A DNA stretch of 64,000 nt. Source: Eledone cirrhosa (Eukaryota). The notes beneath the pieces are model-generated. The model was given only the letters and a program-made list of their open reading frames with translations, had not been told where the DNA came from and searched no databases. The stretch is from the NCBI GenBank assembly GCA_964016885.1, contig OZ024740.1, forward strand, positions 311,302,001 to 311,366,000. The letters are read 5' to 3'. A program made the position numbers and the translations under genes. Of the stretch, positions 38,310 to 51,731 are shown piece after piece; the first letter of the stretch is position 1, and every line of letters starts with the position of its first letter.

Positions 38310-38489
38310 TCCTTGTTCTATGGCTGACTGAATAATTTTGTGACTTAATAAAATGTCATCATACTAGTAATGCACAATGGTCATTTTTAAATTTAAATTT
38401 TATTAAATAGTTGTTGCTTGCATTGCCTTCAAATAGTAACAAGAATGTACACATACTTTTTAAAAATACATCATTATCAGTCAAATCAG

Positions 38490-38849
38490 TCAAATGTCAC
38501 TAGAAGCCAGGTGGTCGATAACAACTTCTAGAAGATTAGTTACATGCTCACAGATTGGATCACCTCTCATCAATGGCATTGGGTGTCTGAGATAATCGTG
38601 GAGATAACTGATGAAGTCACAAATGAAGTGATGGTCTTCCAGTGTGAACAACTCCTTATATCCATTGATATATGTGATGGCTTCCGATTCATAGGTGCAT
38701 TTTATGAGGAATTCCATGCATCCGATTTTCAGTGATTCAATGGGCATTTTATCAGAGATGATAAGGTATTTGACCACGGTTTGCTTTGTAAGTAATTTGG
38801 AGAGAATCACTGCAGTCAAAGTCATTTCTTTGCATGGGTTTTTGTCCAT
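38490..38849 (-). CDS. Hypothetical 119-aa protein or terminal exon, convergent with the SGNH gene
   Basis: Uninterrupted non-repetitive ORF preceded by TTTTTAG, with a minus-strand AATAAA at ~38399-38404. No recognisable domain. Confidence 0.45.
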   Translation of the reverse strand: MDKNPCKEMTLTAVILSKLLTKQTVVKYLIISDKMPIESLKIGCMEFLIKCTYESEAITYINGYKELFTLEDHHFICDFISYLHDYLRHPMPLMRGDPICEHVTNLLEVVIDHLASSDI

Positions 38850-39122
38850 TCTAAAAAGTTAAAATGATAAAGTATTACTACTATATAACTTACATCTATT
38901 GTTGTAACACCATTGAAATGCACAAGTTTCACCAATTCACTATTATGCACTAATCATCTCAAATGCATTCATGATTTACTAGCTTTGTCATTAAGCCAGT
39001 TGCCTCAACTAGATTGCAATTATACTCAAAAGAACTTTAAAATGTCAATCACTTGTCAGTAATTCACTATGATCATTTAATTATTAGATAGTTGTTGCTT
39101 GCATTGCCTTAAAAAATAGTAG

Positions 39123-40217
39123 ACCAGATAGAAAAATGCGTACAGCAAAAAAAAGTAATATTGTTGGAATATAAACCTTTAAAAATACAGGACAAGAAAC
39201 TAAAATAAAACTTTAAAAGAATAGGACAAGAAACTAAGATAAAACTTTAAAAGAATAGGACAAGAAACTAAGATAAAACTTTAAAGAATTGGACAAGAAA
39301 TAAAAAATTTTACAATAATATTAGTGGCAAAATTTTTTTATTCGTTTCTTGTGCTATGCCCCAGTATCTTCTTGATTAGTGCATAATAATTGTCATGCTC
39401 TCATTGTGCGTTGCCCCTGAGCGGTTGGTTCTGGTTGGGGTTGGTTGGCTGAGCAGTTCTGCTCCGTCAGAATGACCATTGCAAGAAGAATTGGCCGATG
39501 CAGCTGCAGGTCTACTCCAAGAATGCACTTCTGGTCCCGCAACACCAGACGAAGATGGAGAAGACGACCGGGACAAGATGTTGACTCTGACCACGGACTA
39601 CGGCACATCCCTCAACCACCGGTCCTCCCTCCCTCTGTCCCGTCATCCCTCCAGTCCTCCTGCTCCCCCTTCCTGTACCAGAAAGCTGTGGCACGCATTC
39701 ATCTGGACTGCCGGACTTGAACTCAACGACAAGATGCAAGGAGAAGATGGACGGGTCGGTCAAGATCAAGGATGAGCGGGACGACAAGACCGTCCGCTGC
39801 TGCTCAAGATCTGTGCTCATGGGCCCATGGGTCCATTCACATTATGCATGACACATGAGGCGTGTCGCCGAATGATGAAATAGGGGTATGGTTATGGCCC
39901 AATTGGTGTTAAAACCAGGATCAAATGAACCCCTCGGTCTGACGACGACCTCTGAATGTGGAACCCAGAGCCTATGAATGTGGAACTCGATTTTTTACCA
40001 ATAAAAATTTTGCCACTAATATTATTGTAAAATTTTTTATTTCTTGTCCAATTCTTTAAAGTTTTATCTTAGTTTCTTGTCCTATTCTTTTAAAGTTTTA
40101 TCTTAGTTTCTTGTCCTATTCTTTTAAAGTTTTATTTTAATTTCTTGTCTTGTATTTTTAAAGGTTTATATTCCAACAATATTACTTTTTTTTGCTGTAC
40201 GCATTTTTCTATCTGGT
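39123..40217. repeat. ~218-bp inverted repeats (with 34-bp internal tandem units) around a ~660-bp GC-rich core
   Basis: 39123-39341 and 40000-40217 are nearly identical in reverse complement. The unit GGACAAGAAACTAAGATAAAACTTTAAAAGAATA occurs about three times. Confidence 0.9.
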
Positions 40218-40244
40218 ATATATATTGCTAAGAAAAAGCCATAA

Positions 40245-40366
40245 TAAAAATCGCGGAAGATATTTACGATTCCGCGAATATGCGGTGGTTTCCACGAACA
40301 ATTATTAGTCAGGTTCTAAGGAAAATTCTGCAAATATCCGGGAACGCGAATGCCAGGGATACACTG
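40245..40366. mobile_element. Tigger/pogo-like terminus
   Basis: Ends CGCGAATGCCAGGGATACACTG|TA, with repeated CCGCGAATA. A possible counterpart remnant lies near 36410. Confidence 0.45.
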
Positions 40367-41372
40367 TACTCATAATGTCTAATATCATTTACATTAAAAC
40401 TTTAATAGTTATTTCACATCTGGAAATAGTAGTCCTTTAGATATTTAACAATTTTCAACCGAACTGTTTGTTACACATGTTTATTCAAATATTGTAACGA
40501 ATTTACGATACAAACATTATTTACTATGTACTATTTCAGGAATGGTCGTCTGTAATTTAGTATTTGAAAACGAAACTCTTTGTAAGCTTCTCGGCATTCA
40601 TAAAATACTTCAAAGAATAAAAGTTTAGAAACAATTTTACAAAAACATTCTTAATAACTAGAATATCATTGGGTGCCGAAGCTGATTTGATTTTAAGATA
40701 ATTCAATAGTCTACCGTATCGTTTTTCGATTATTAGTGGATAGGTGAGGGAATTGCGAGCAGTCCTCATTCTCTGTCTAATGGAAATCTCCCAACAATTA
40801 AAGTCTGAAGAAATTCTCATATTGATTTTTATGTCAGTTGCATATCTCCGATGGGTCATTGATGTTCCATCGATTCAAATGTTACAATAGTTGTAAATGA
40901 CATATTGTGTTCATAAACATAATATAAAATACTTTGGGGGTTAGTTATAATTGCAAGTTCAAATGACCTGTCTTCTTCAGATCTATGAAGTTAATTCTAA
41001 ATGCATTTTCTTTCAGCAAATATTTAACCCCAGAACTGCGTAAGTGACCTAATGCTTATATGTTGGGCCAGTTCTTTTTTTACTATGCCAGTCGCATTAA
41101 GGTGTCCTTAATATGGATTAAATGCTTCGTTTGTGCAGTATCGTTGGGTATAAACATATCATTTCATGCCTAAGTCCTTTAGAGACATCTAATTTACCTT
41201 CCATATTTTCCTTTTCTGTGCTCAAACATCGTCAAGTGCAATTTGAATATAAAATACTCATTTAAAAACATGTGTAAAAGGCCAGTATTTTGTGTGCGAC
41301 TCATAAATGCGATCCACATGTCTATTACTCAAAATACACTACCCCTCAAATTAGTTGACCACCATACCAGAA

Positions 41373-41756
41373 GAAGAGAGGTAGGCGTAAAAGTCAAACT
41401 CGCTATCTTTAATTCGGTATTCATACCAATCCTTACCTATGGTCAAGAATCTTGAGCAATGCCAGAAAGAATACGATCGCGAATACAAGCGGCCAAAAGG
41501 GGGTTCCTCCGAAAGTTCTTTGGAGTAACGTTACTCGATAGAGTGCGTAGCTCGGAGATCAGAGAGTCACTCCAGGTAGAGCCGCTACTTTTCCGAATTG
41601 AGAGATCACAGCTCCAATACTATGGGCATGTGGTTAGAATGCCTCAATAAAGAATCGCTGGACAGATTTTATGGACAAAACCAACTGGAAGAAGAAGAAG
41701 AAGACGAAGACGAAGACGAAGACGAAGACGAAGACGACGACGACGAAGAAGAAGAC
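41373..41756 (+). mobile_element. RTE-clade LINE 3' fragment with (GAA)/(GAC) tail
   Basis: KLAIFNSVFIPILTYGQES*AMPERIRSRIQAA..ERSQLQYYGHVVRM..PTGRR. Confidence 0.85.
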
Positions 41757-42816
41757 CATACTAAACAAATCAATATACAAATATGTATTGTATGGTATGC
41801 AGTATTGTTGTCTAGACATATTTTACATTGTATATTTCTGTATATATGACGTTCTTAGTGTCCCACTGCAAAACGGACCAAGTAAACTTGGTTGGTGCGG
41901 GAAAGTTGCAGTTCTTCATTTCTTATCATCTCCTTTGGCTAATGATGCTACCTGCAGCTATATCTGTGAAAATGTATATTTATGCTTGTCTGAGCTACCT
42001 ATGAGAGATAGTGTTTTAGGGTAATGTTGTTGCCTTTGTTTTTTAACCTTAAGCATTCCCTGATCGAGCAAACCTATTTTCAAAACCATTCAGTACGAAA
42101 CCATCTCAACTCTTTAGGTGTATATAGGTTTGCGTTACTCAACGCCACATCTTTAAAACTATAGCGAAGGATTGAAATAAATTTGGCTGTTATTGCTAGC
42201 AGATTTAAAGACTAATTGGAAGATTTCTCTTTGGCTTGGGGTAGAGTTATAGAAATTATCAGATATGTTGCCGATATGTCTGGCTATTTGGAGTGATTTA
42301 ATGTATTAGCAGACGCTATAAAAATGTCTGTGAGAACAAAATGCGCCCTTGCATATCGAAGTGGTCTTTCATTTATAGTATTTTTGTTTCGTTCTATATA
42401 GGTCTGGCGTGTGTACATCTGTGATGATCTGAAACGCACTGTTTATGTTCTTTATAGTTTGTTGTGGAGAGGTAGATAATTGTAGCCGAGAGTGGGTTGG
42501 CATAATCTATGATGGATACAATGTTTTGTTTATATACAGATATTGTTTCCTTCTCTTAGCTAAATATGAGGATTATATGAGTGTCTGAGCATCATTTTGC
42601 TCTCTTTGTTATGTATTCTATGAATACTATGAATGGTGAGATGGTAGTGCATGTAACTCTTAGTATTTACGTTTTCTCTCTCTCTGATAATTTGTTATAT
42701 TTGGTTTCCGAAAAGAAGACAGTTGATTTGGTAGGTGCTACGTTAGGTTAGTTATGCTTTGGAACCACGTTTCTGGTGATTGATGTAAAGCTGGAATAGT
42801 TGTACAGTTGTGTCTA

Positions 42817-43026
42817 GATAATTGTTTCTACTTTTGGTACAAGGCTAGCAATTTGAAAGGAAGGGGAAAATCGATTAAATCGATCAGTGCGTTACTGGTA
42901 CTTTATTTTATTGAAAGCGTAAGGATGAAAGGCAGAGCTAGCCTCGGCGGAATTTGAACTCAGAACGTAAAGAGCCGTAACTATATGCCGCAAAAGATAT
43001 TGTCCTATACTGCCAATCCACAGCCC
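42817..43026 (-). mobile_element. SINE (first family)
   Basis: Same head and core as 1087-1618. Confidence 0.8.
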
Positions 43027-43779
43027 TGTTGCCTCTCAGTAATAATAGAAATGCGTGTCTGGTGCATGTAAGGTATGTGGGGAAATCGCATATGTATCGA
43101 TTAAAAAGAAAAAATGAGTTGAATAATCCTTATTCAAGAAATTACATGGATCTTCTTTTTTTTTTGTATACACATAGGCTTGACGATATGGCAGCTAATT
43201 TGATGACCAATGTCTTATGATGTTTCTTACGTATATCGGGAATGAGAAAAGTTCGGAAGTTTAATATTTTCTGACACATTTCATTTTGTTTATATTTCTA
43301 ATATTGAATTTAAAAGTCAGGAAAAAATTCAGTTAAAAATTAAAATAACTATATATAAAATCCTTTTTACAGTATGTTTGTAATTCTGACGTGAAAATTA
43401 TTTATAAAATAAAATATAGAATATAACATAAAAAAACTTAGTTTTCATAACTATTGGATTTAGGGTGAATGAAAATGTATCACAAGATATTTTATAACAT
43501 AATAGAAATATATATGAAAATATATTTCATATCTGTCTCGTGTACATTTGAAGTGATTCTAGAAAATATAAACATTTCTTGAAGTGATCTCGATTCTTCT
43601 TTTTATTATGATGTTGGTGTTAATCTACTTAATGTCAGTGTGACTTTATGCAATGTTAGTCGAAAATAGAAGTTTTATATTGAATTTTCGGTGAGTTAGC
43701 TGACAACGTTTTTATTTGTTTATTCCTTCTACCAGGGAATATAAATAATCAATATCTAAGACTAAGGGTGTGGTGCAAT

Positions 43780-44900
43780 ACGAGGTGTAATTTTATATTA
43801 TGGCAGTAAAATATAGAGTTTATATTAATAATTTCTTATTATTAGATGAGGAACGCGCACTAGTTATATTGATGAAACATAAATATCAAAGATGCAACCA
43901 AGAGTCCTGATGATAACTAAAACTTACAGAAGAATCTCGATACACTATTAAGTTGGACTGATGATAGCAAATATGCAATTCAATATCGGAAAGTTTCAAG
44001 CACTTCACTATCAGCCCTCTCACACATTACAACATGAATACACAGGACACAGAGAGATTGCAATCACAACCTCAGAATTAGTGCGAGACCTGGAAAAATT
44101 ATGAGAATTGCTTCATCGTATCCTGGTCAGACAACGAAAACAATACGTAGAGATAACTGATAGGACACATCCCAAGAACGTGTGTAACAACAGAACAAGA
44201 TGTCATATTGATTCGTTCAGATTATTACTTTGCGTTCACTAACAGTTTTCAAACTTACTACTTATCTGGAAACAATCCAACAGTCCTACACAAATAGTAT
44301 TGCTACTAAGCATGAACATTTTACCCTCTAATGCTACAAACACAGATAGAGAAATAAAGAAAGGGGAGGAAGGTGCAGTAATTTATTTTTGGAAAATCTT
44401 GGGAAGTATTCACATCAAATGTTGTACAAATACCAAATCTAAGTGTCACTGAATAATTGTTTCGATTTAAGCTCAAAGCCAATAGTCTTCGAAGAGATAA
44501 AAGTCGATTATATAAATCTTAGTACTTGACTGCTACTTTATTGAATTGATCCCGGAAGAATGTAAAAAGCAAAGTTGACTTCGGGATTTGAATGTAAAAA
44601 GATGTAATTAAACGCTCTGACAATTCTGCCAATCTGCCGCCCTCGGTGTCACAGAATAATACTAAAGTTTCACTCTTTCCCTAAGAATTGGCAACACAAT
44701 AACTAAGGGACTGGAATTCTTAAGACTGCACCTCTTTAATATATTTCCTCAAAATATGTATTTGCATGGAGAAGATGTCAACCTTTCAAAACTCCCGTGG
44801 TCATTGAACTGTATCCGATTGAAACTATAACACAAAAAATCCCAGATAAGTGGGATCCCAAACTCACTCGATCAACAAATGCAACACTGCATCATTATTA
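43780..44900 (+). mobile_element. Highly decayed CR1/L2-type LINE 3' fragment interrupted by a SINE
   Basis: LQKNLDTLLSWTDD..MQFNIGKFQALHY..VRDL and LFNIFP remnants. Confidence 0.55.
44452..44645 (-). mobile_element. SINE (first family) with 15-bp TSD
   Basis: Flanked by GTGTCACTGAATAAT and GTGTCACAGAATAAT. Confidence 0.75.
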
Positions 44901-45203
44901 ATGACGGCACCCCAGAATCATGTGAAGGCGGGTGCCCTACTTATTAACGTATTCTGCTCATGATTATAATGTCTCCGCCTGAAGCCATTTGACTTCCCAT
45001 ATAATACTAATGTCTTTGGCAAAGACATTAATGCCACAACATCCAATTTCACATCCTTTAATATATAAACCCTAGTACTTTATGAAAAGAATAATATTGA
45101 AATCATGTTGTTGATGGTAAATAGAAATTTATATTAATGTTTAATAACGACACGAAAATTATTTCATTAAGTTATTATATCATAAACTATTATATCAAAG
45201 TTA

Positions 45204-45413
45204 AGGGCGGTGGATTGGCAGTTGAGGGTCGAGCACCATGCTTTGCTGCATGGAGTTACGGCGCTTTACGGTTTGAGTTCAAATCCTGCCGAGGTTAACT
45301 TTGCTTTCATCCTTACGGGGTCGATAAAATAAAGTACCAGTCACGCACTGGGGTCGATTTAATCGACTTTCCTCTCCCCCAAAATTGCTGGCCATGTGCC
45401 TATATAAGAAACC
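45204..45413 (+). mobile_element. Full-length SINE (first family) with 15-bp TSD
   Basis: GGGCGGTGGATTGGCAG..GAGTTCAAATCC..core, with TSD ATTATATCAAAGTTA. Confidence 0.88.
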
Positions 45414-46738
45414 ATTATATCAAAGTTATATAAATTATTATTTCGTTTATCATATTGGTGCATATGCATGGGAATATAGAATTTATAAATGTCTAATTAT
45501 AAATATGGGTACACTTGAAGGTAAATATTATTGGAATTTTCCAAACTTTAATGAGAAAGTTTAATGGATGCTTCATTTAAGAAGAGAAATCGAATATATA
45601 ATGAGAGGCAGAATAATAAGTAACAAAAAATTAGATTTGTTTGATGGTAGCAAGAGAAGGTAGTTCATGAACGCCTGTGAAATTGAATATTTATCGACTA
45701 ATTCAAATGTTTTTCTTTCGAACCCATTATACCATAATAGGGATTGCAGGTGATGTATCCTTGCAGATGTTAGGAAGATTTTTACAATGTTTACTTTTAA
45801 TTTTTAACTACTTAGAGGTGAAGTTTGCTTTTTATTGGTGGTTTAGATCAAAAATTAAATTAAATCTCCTTGAAATGGTTTTTAAACATGGAGAAGTAAC
45901 GGATGTTTTAAATGCCATATAGTAACCAGATTCATGAGTAATGTTTATGGAATCACATCCCACAACACTTGACTTGGCTTTTTTAGTCCTTTCGTTTAGA
46001 AAGTTCCATCTATCCAATTTTATTTTATTTTAAAATATGGATTATGTAGTCAGGCCATATTAGCTTTTTATCTTTAATAGACACCAGGTGAAATAATCTC
46101 ATTCTTAAGACTCAAGATAATTCTGAGATTTGTATGATTCCTTTTACGAAAATAATCAAGGATATATCAGTTTATGTTTTAATATCGTTATTATTATTAT
46201 TATTATTGTTAATATCGTTATTATTATTATTGTTAATATTCATGGCTTGAGTATGAGAAATACATCAATACACAATATTCGTGTATTCTGATTCGTTCAC
46301 ACAAAGAAAAATCAAAACAGCTCTACTTAAATTGAGAAAATACTGGTTTATTTTGTTTTTCCTAACCATATTGGCGGTCATTTTTTCTATTGCATATATC
46401 TTAAAGTATGTTTTATCCTTTAACCTTGGAATGAATGATGCAGATTATATTTAAGCTCTTATTTCTTTGTCAGCGGATGACTGAGTCTAGCCTTAATAGG
46501 AATCGCATTCCGTTAGTTTTTCTACACATGGTATCTGTTTGCCAGCGACTGCGAACATTGGTAATATATAAATTGTTTGAGGTAAAGTTCAATAAATTTC
46601 ACACGGTAGTCAGTGTATTCCTTTCACAGTTATCCTTCAGCTTTTTTCCTCATTTTGTTTCAAATTAATTCGTTTATATATATTTTGTTGTTTTGCAAGG
46701 TTTTTGATATGAAATCGTGTGTTGAAACAGATTTTTTT

Positions 46739-46887
46739 ATATTTGGGGAGGGTTATGTTGTTCGAATATTGCCAGAAAATTATTTATAGAAATATAAATA
46801 TGTACTGAAGCGAAAACCAAACCAAATAGTGAGTGTGTTTTACAATATTTTTCTGGCAATATTAGAACATGACCTTCCCCAAATATA
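46739..46887. repeat. ~45-bp imperfect inverted repeat (MITE-like)
   Basis: ATATTTGGGGAGGGTTATGTT..AATATTGCCAGAAAA pairs with TTTTCTGGCAATATT..ACATGACCTTCCCCAAATAT. Confidence 0.6.
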
Positions 46888-48689
46888 ACGTTTATATATA
46901 GTCGGCACTAAATATTTTGGTAGCAACCAAGTAGTGGTCTACTATCTTAAACGTCTTGGTAGCCTTGTTATTATATTAGAAAATCCTATTAGTGTTGTCA
47001 GCAACAATAAAGAATTGGAGCCGATTCAACCAATTATAACTTGCATTTACAAATTTATAGTCATGTATCAAACTATACTCCTTTGCTGTAATTATGCAAC
47101 TTTGTCACACACTATATTAATTGCCAACAAATATGTAGTATATGTAGCATTTGTAGTATTCTCCAACAAATATGCAGCTTCGTACAAACTATACATCTCT
47201 CCTGTAAAAGAATCGATAGAGTATCGGATGAAATATTTTTGTGACATTATGCATTATTGAATAAGATAGCATTACAACGCAGATATCTTTTTCCGAGCTC
47301 TGAATTGATGAATTGAACTCAGAGCACCAGACTATCTTGTTGATTTTACAGTGCTTCCCCTGGTTGCAGCAATTAATTATATACTTCTGTGATACATACT
47401 TATACTGGAAACAGGAAACAAACTGCTAGATGTTCGATATTCTGTTCAATAATGACGATTTCCTTTCTTTTTTCGAGGGTATCATCGCTGTTAACTAAGT
47501 GAAATAGATACGATTGGGAATTTAAAATGCAACCCAATCACAAATTTCACTTGCCAGGAGCTAACTTCTTTTTTATGATGTTCGCTCCATTTCATAGACA
47601 TTACTAGAAAATTATCTCTCTAATTATCTCATTATTATTCACTTCAAGGCTTCATTAATCAACTAATTATTATTCTATTCATCTATTAAATTGTAAGAGA
47701 AGAGATGAGAAGAACAAACAATATTTTACCGCCTGTTAGTTGATTAATGCTTTGTTTCAGACACTCTGCAGTGAAGTTTCACAAATGAATATAATCAAAG
47801 AACATTACCATGAATGGATATTATGTGCGTATCTGCGTACTAAAGGCTGAAGAACAGATGCAATCAGCGGGTAGAGTCTCAGTGACTCTGCTTCGACATT
47901 CTGTTGTGATTCAGTTTGAACAAATTCCCTTCGGTTACTTCGTTGCCATTGTTGTTGTTTAACCCTAAGTTGACTTTCATTGAGTATGTCTGAGGCATTG
48001 ATGTATGGACATCCTGTCTCATTTTTTTATGTATAGTATGTTTCAGACAACATCATCCAATATGTCTAATGTTAATACGGTAGAATGGAGTTTAAGGGAG
48101 ATTTAGCTGCTATTTCTATCAGGTCGGGTGAATACGTAGAGGCTTCCTAATTACAGGTGAGATATAATGACACAACATTCCATCTTCCCCCCTACAGGTA
48201 ATGGGTGACAATGGTAAAACGGCCTGGGGTGCACTAAGTGCTTCACATGGACTAGTTTTCTCTCTATGTTCAAATGTCACCAAGATTGACTTTCCCTTTC
48301 ATTTTGGCTGTTGTTTAGACCCAGAATAGCGCTTATCAAAGAAATTTATTAAGATCTCAGCAGTTATTTTAAAGGGATCAGCGTTTCTTTCTGGTATGAC
48401 TAGGGCTAAAATATTAAATGATATAATGTGAATATGGAGATCTGTTTTCTATTTATAACATGAATGTCATTCTCATTAATTTATAAAAGAAATTTGGTAA
48501 ATTATATACTGATAAACAAACGGCGTAAGAAAATGTGTGAAACTTATAAAAATATGACGTGGAGCAGATATTAATCCAGCCCATAATCCACTGGTAATTA
48601 GATTCCAAATCAAACATAAGAAAATGAAAATACCTTTAAAATGAAAACAATGAAACTTAACATGCTAAAACAAACAAAATACAAAAATA

Positions 48690-49200
48690 ACTATATTGTG
48701 GGAATACAAAGCAAGCATGAATATTTACACGATGAAGAAAAAATGCAAGAACAAATAGAATGAAAATATAACACAATTAAAATTTGCATGCAAAAATCAC
48801 TAGAGAAACCATTACCTGAAATAGAGAAGGAAAGAAGAAGTAAAAAGGATGATAGAAATTCTATCAAAATGGAAGAAAGAAATACAAGAATAAAAATCAA
48901 GCTAGATATAATACCTTGATTAAAGAGATTTGTTCTTAATGAAAAAATATCAAAAACCTAAATGATTTGATAATCAATACCAAGGAGTTGACAAATTTAA
49001 TAATCAGCATAAATCCAAAGAATAAACGCTTGAATATAAAAAAATGGGAAGATTATTGATAATGAACATATTACATCTAGATGGATTGAATACAGTTCGA
49101 ACCAGCTTATGCAAAGTTAACTATAAAGAGTTTTTAGACCAGGAATGGGAACTCGTGACAAATGATCTAACATAAACACCATATATGAAAAAGTTCTAGA
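48690..49200 (+). mobile_element. Decayed RTE-like LINE internal fragment
   Basis: A-rich remnant IKICMQKSLEKPLPEIEKERR..EILSKMEER. Confidence 0.35.
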
Positions 49201-51019
49201 CACAAATCAAGATGTTTGCATGCGCTTTGGACCTGTCAACTCTCGCTGTCCAACGAGGAGATTTTCAATAGCCTTTGGGGTGGGTGAGAGATGTATTCTC
49301 TTATGAAAATGGGTATAGCTTTCATTATGTAAAATCTCCCCATTTTGCCTCATTTCTCCCCGTTTTGGGGGCAATTTTTTCATGGTACTCACCGTTTTGG
49401 TTTTTAGAGGTTGGCAGGTCTGATGCTTTGTAGACTATACTAAGGAATCAAACAGAGTAAAATATATATAGGTAGTCGAATGTCTATCATAACTCTGGGT
49501 ATGTGTTAACGACCTCCAAATAAAAACAAAAATGTACTGGGAGCAAAAAAAAGGTCTGGGGTGTGTGTCTTTTCATTTATATTTATATGACTCTTTATAT
49601 TTATATTTATATTTATATGAAAAGGTTCTCGTAAATGGTTATTTGTCTGGGATAAATGGAATGTGAGACGTAATTTGAATTACAATAAACAATGTTATAG
49701 TAGATTCTACAGAAACGTTAATCTCTGAAGACGAAACATTAGATTATTTATTCTGACTCGCAATCTTTATTGTGAATTATTGGTTACTTAATAATCCTAT
49801 TACTGAAGAGGCCAGTGTAGTCGGTTGTATTGACTTCCTTAATCACTCTAAAATAAACGAGAAACAAGGTTGACCTAGGCATGATTTGGATCCTGTACTG
49901 AAAGGGAATGCAACTAAATGCTACATGGTGTTTATTTCACTGCACTACATTTGAGGCAGTTGGAAGATTGAATGATATCCAAGTTTTTTGGGGGTGTTCT
50001 CAAATAGATCTATTTATTTTTATGATACACAATATTTCATGTTTACAGTAGAGGAAAATAATTGAGTATTTATATTGTAAAGTTTACGATTCTGTGAAGA
50101 ATATTAGCTGCGTAAATAAAGTTTAATGATTTCAAACGCGAATTGAAAGTAAGCAGTGGCCTCGACTTCAAAGTAATTTATCTCTACAATGTTATCTGCT
50201 TCTAAATCTAACATCATGAATGATGAATCATTGGATTAATTACTTCCTGAAGAAGTGAGTCTCATATCCTTTCGACCATTTCTACAGACACATATACTGA
50301 AGTGGTTTGATTAGATCCCCAGTTCAGCCACGGGCTAACATACACTCTACAAAGCTTGAGTCATTTACAGAACATATTACTCATTATCAAAATTTAATTT
50401 ACTCACATGGCCTGCAGGCTGACTAACTTGGAAATAGCTGTGTAATCATAGAGAAACACGATTAAAAATGATTTCCCATGAGGAAGGAACACATTTGCAT
50501 GAGAATGGTGTTTCAATTTGTGGCGTTAACAGAATTAAAGTTACTGTTAATCTGGAAATCTTTCATTCGGTACTGATGTTATATTGTTATTGTTTGATTT
50601 ATTTTGTTTGAATCCGTTTCTGTTTCAACTGTTTGTGAAAGTGTTGGTTCAGTGTAAAGAAAAACATAGAAAATCGCAACTGACCACCAAGCCACATAAA
50701 TAAATTCAATAAAGATTTACTGTTCACTTTTATTAATGGTTTGGTCTGGTATAAGGAGCAGTTCCCATGACATCTCTAGACCGTTGGAGAGCAATTGTAT
50801 AGTTCACTAGAGTTTTGCACTTTTAATGCTGAGCTTAAATATTCATACAAGCGCGGGGAAGCTACAAAATAACATGTTCCGCTGTGTCTTTCATTATGGC
50901 AAAATCTTCGGTCATGAGTACTGATACTTCGATATCTTCATAAACATTTATAAATGTGAATATCATACATCTTTTATCTAATAACAATAATTGATAGAAT
51001 AAGATGTGTAGCATTTCTG

Positions 51020-51132
<113 letters not shown>

Positions 51133-51160
51133 CGTGCGTGCGTGTGTACATATACATATA

Positions 51161-51338
51161 CAAGGGTGGCTGAAAGTTTCACAGGCTGGCCAAGATCCTC
51201 TCATGGAATGACAAAATGGGTTTTATTTTTCAACATAGTTCCTAGAAAGAAACAAGGCAGTTGTTAATGCATGCAAGATTTCACAGCGCTAGCATCACCC
51301 GTTCATGGACAACCTATGAACTTTTCAGCCAACCCTCG
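51161..51338. mobile_element. Mariner-type MITE (178 bp) with TA TSD
   Basis: TA|CAAGGGTGGCTGAAAGTTTCACAGG ... CCTATGAACTTTTCAGCCAACCCTCG|TA. Confidence 0.8.
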
Positions 51339-51690
51339 TATTTACATATTATTTTTTTATTTTTACTTCACATCCACAACCCCACCACCACCACCACCAC
51401 CCCCCCCCCTTTATTCTCCGATTCACTTTCCATTTTTTACTTCCCCTTTTTTTACTTCCCTTTTTCCTTCACTAACTGATTAAACTTGTCTTTTGTGTTT
51501 TTCAATCCAGATATATTTTTCATTTTTATTTTTATTTTTTTATTTTTGCGCAGCCAATTTTACAATTTTATATTTGTACTTACTTATCCACAAGTTTTTT
51601 ACACCCTGTATCAATATGGCTGAACGCCTTAATGTGTGTATACTTTTATATATGTACATGAGTGACTACGTATGTGTGCGCGCGTGCGTG

Positions 51691-51731
<41 letters not shown>

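Noticed and set aside
39190-39300. 34-bp repeats (and the 17945-18165 and 59300-60365 arrays) as CRISPR arrays
   Set aside because: They are contiguous tandem units without unique spacers, there are no cas genes, and the context is eukaryotic.
43905-43995. CTGATGA matches at ~43907 and ~43958 (also ~38608, ~49725, ~50247)
   Set aside because: No stem I/III or properly placed GAAA. They are chance matches, the first two lying in LINE coding remnants.
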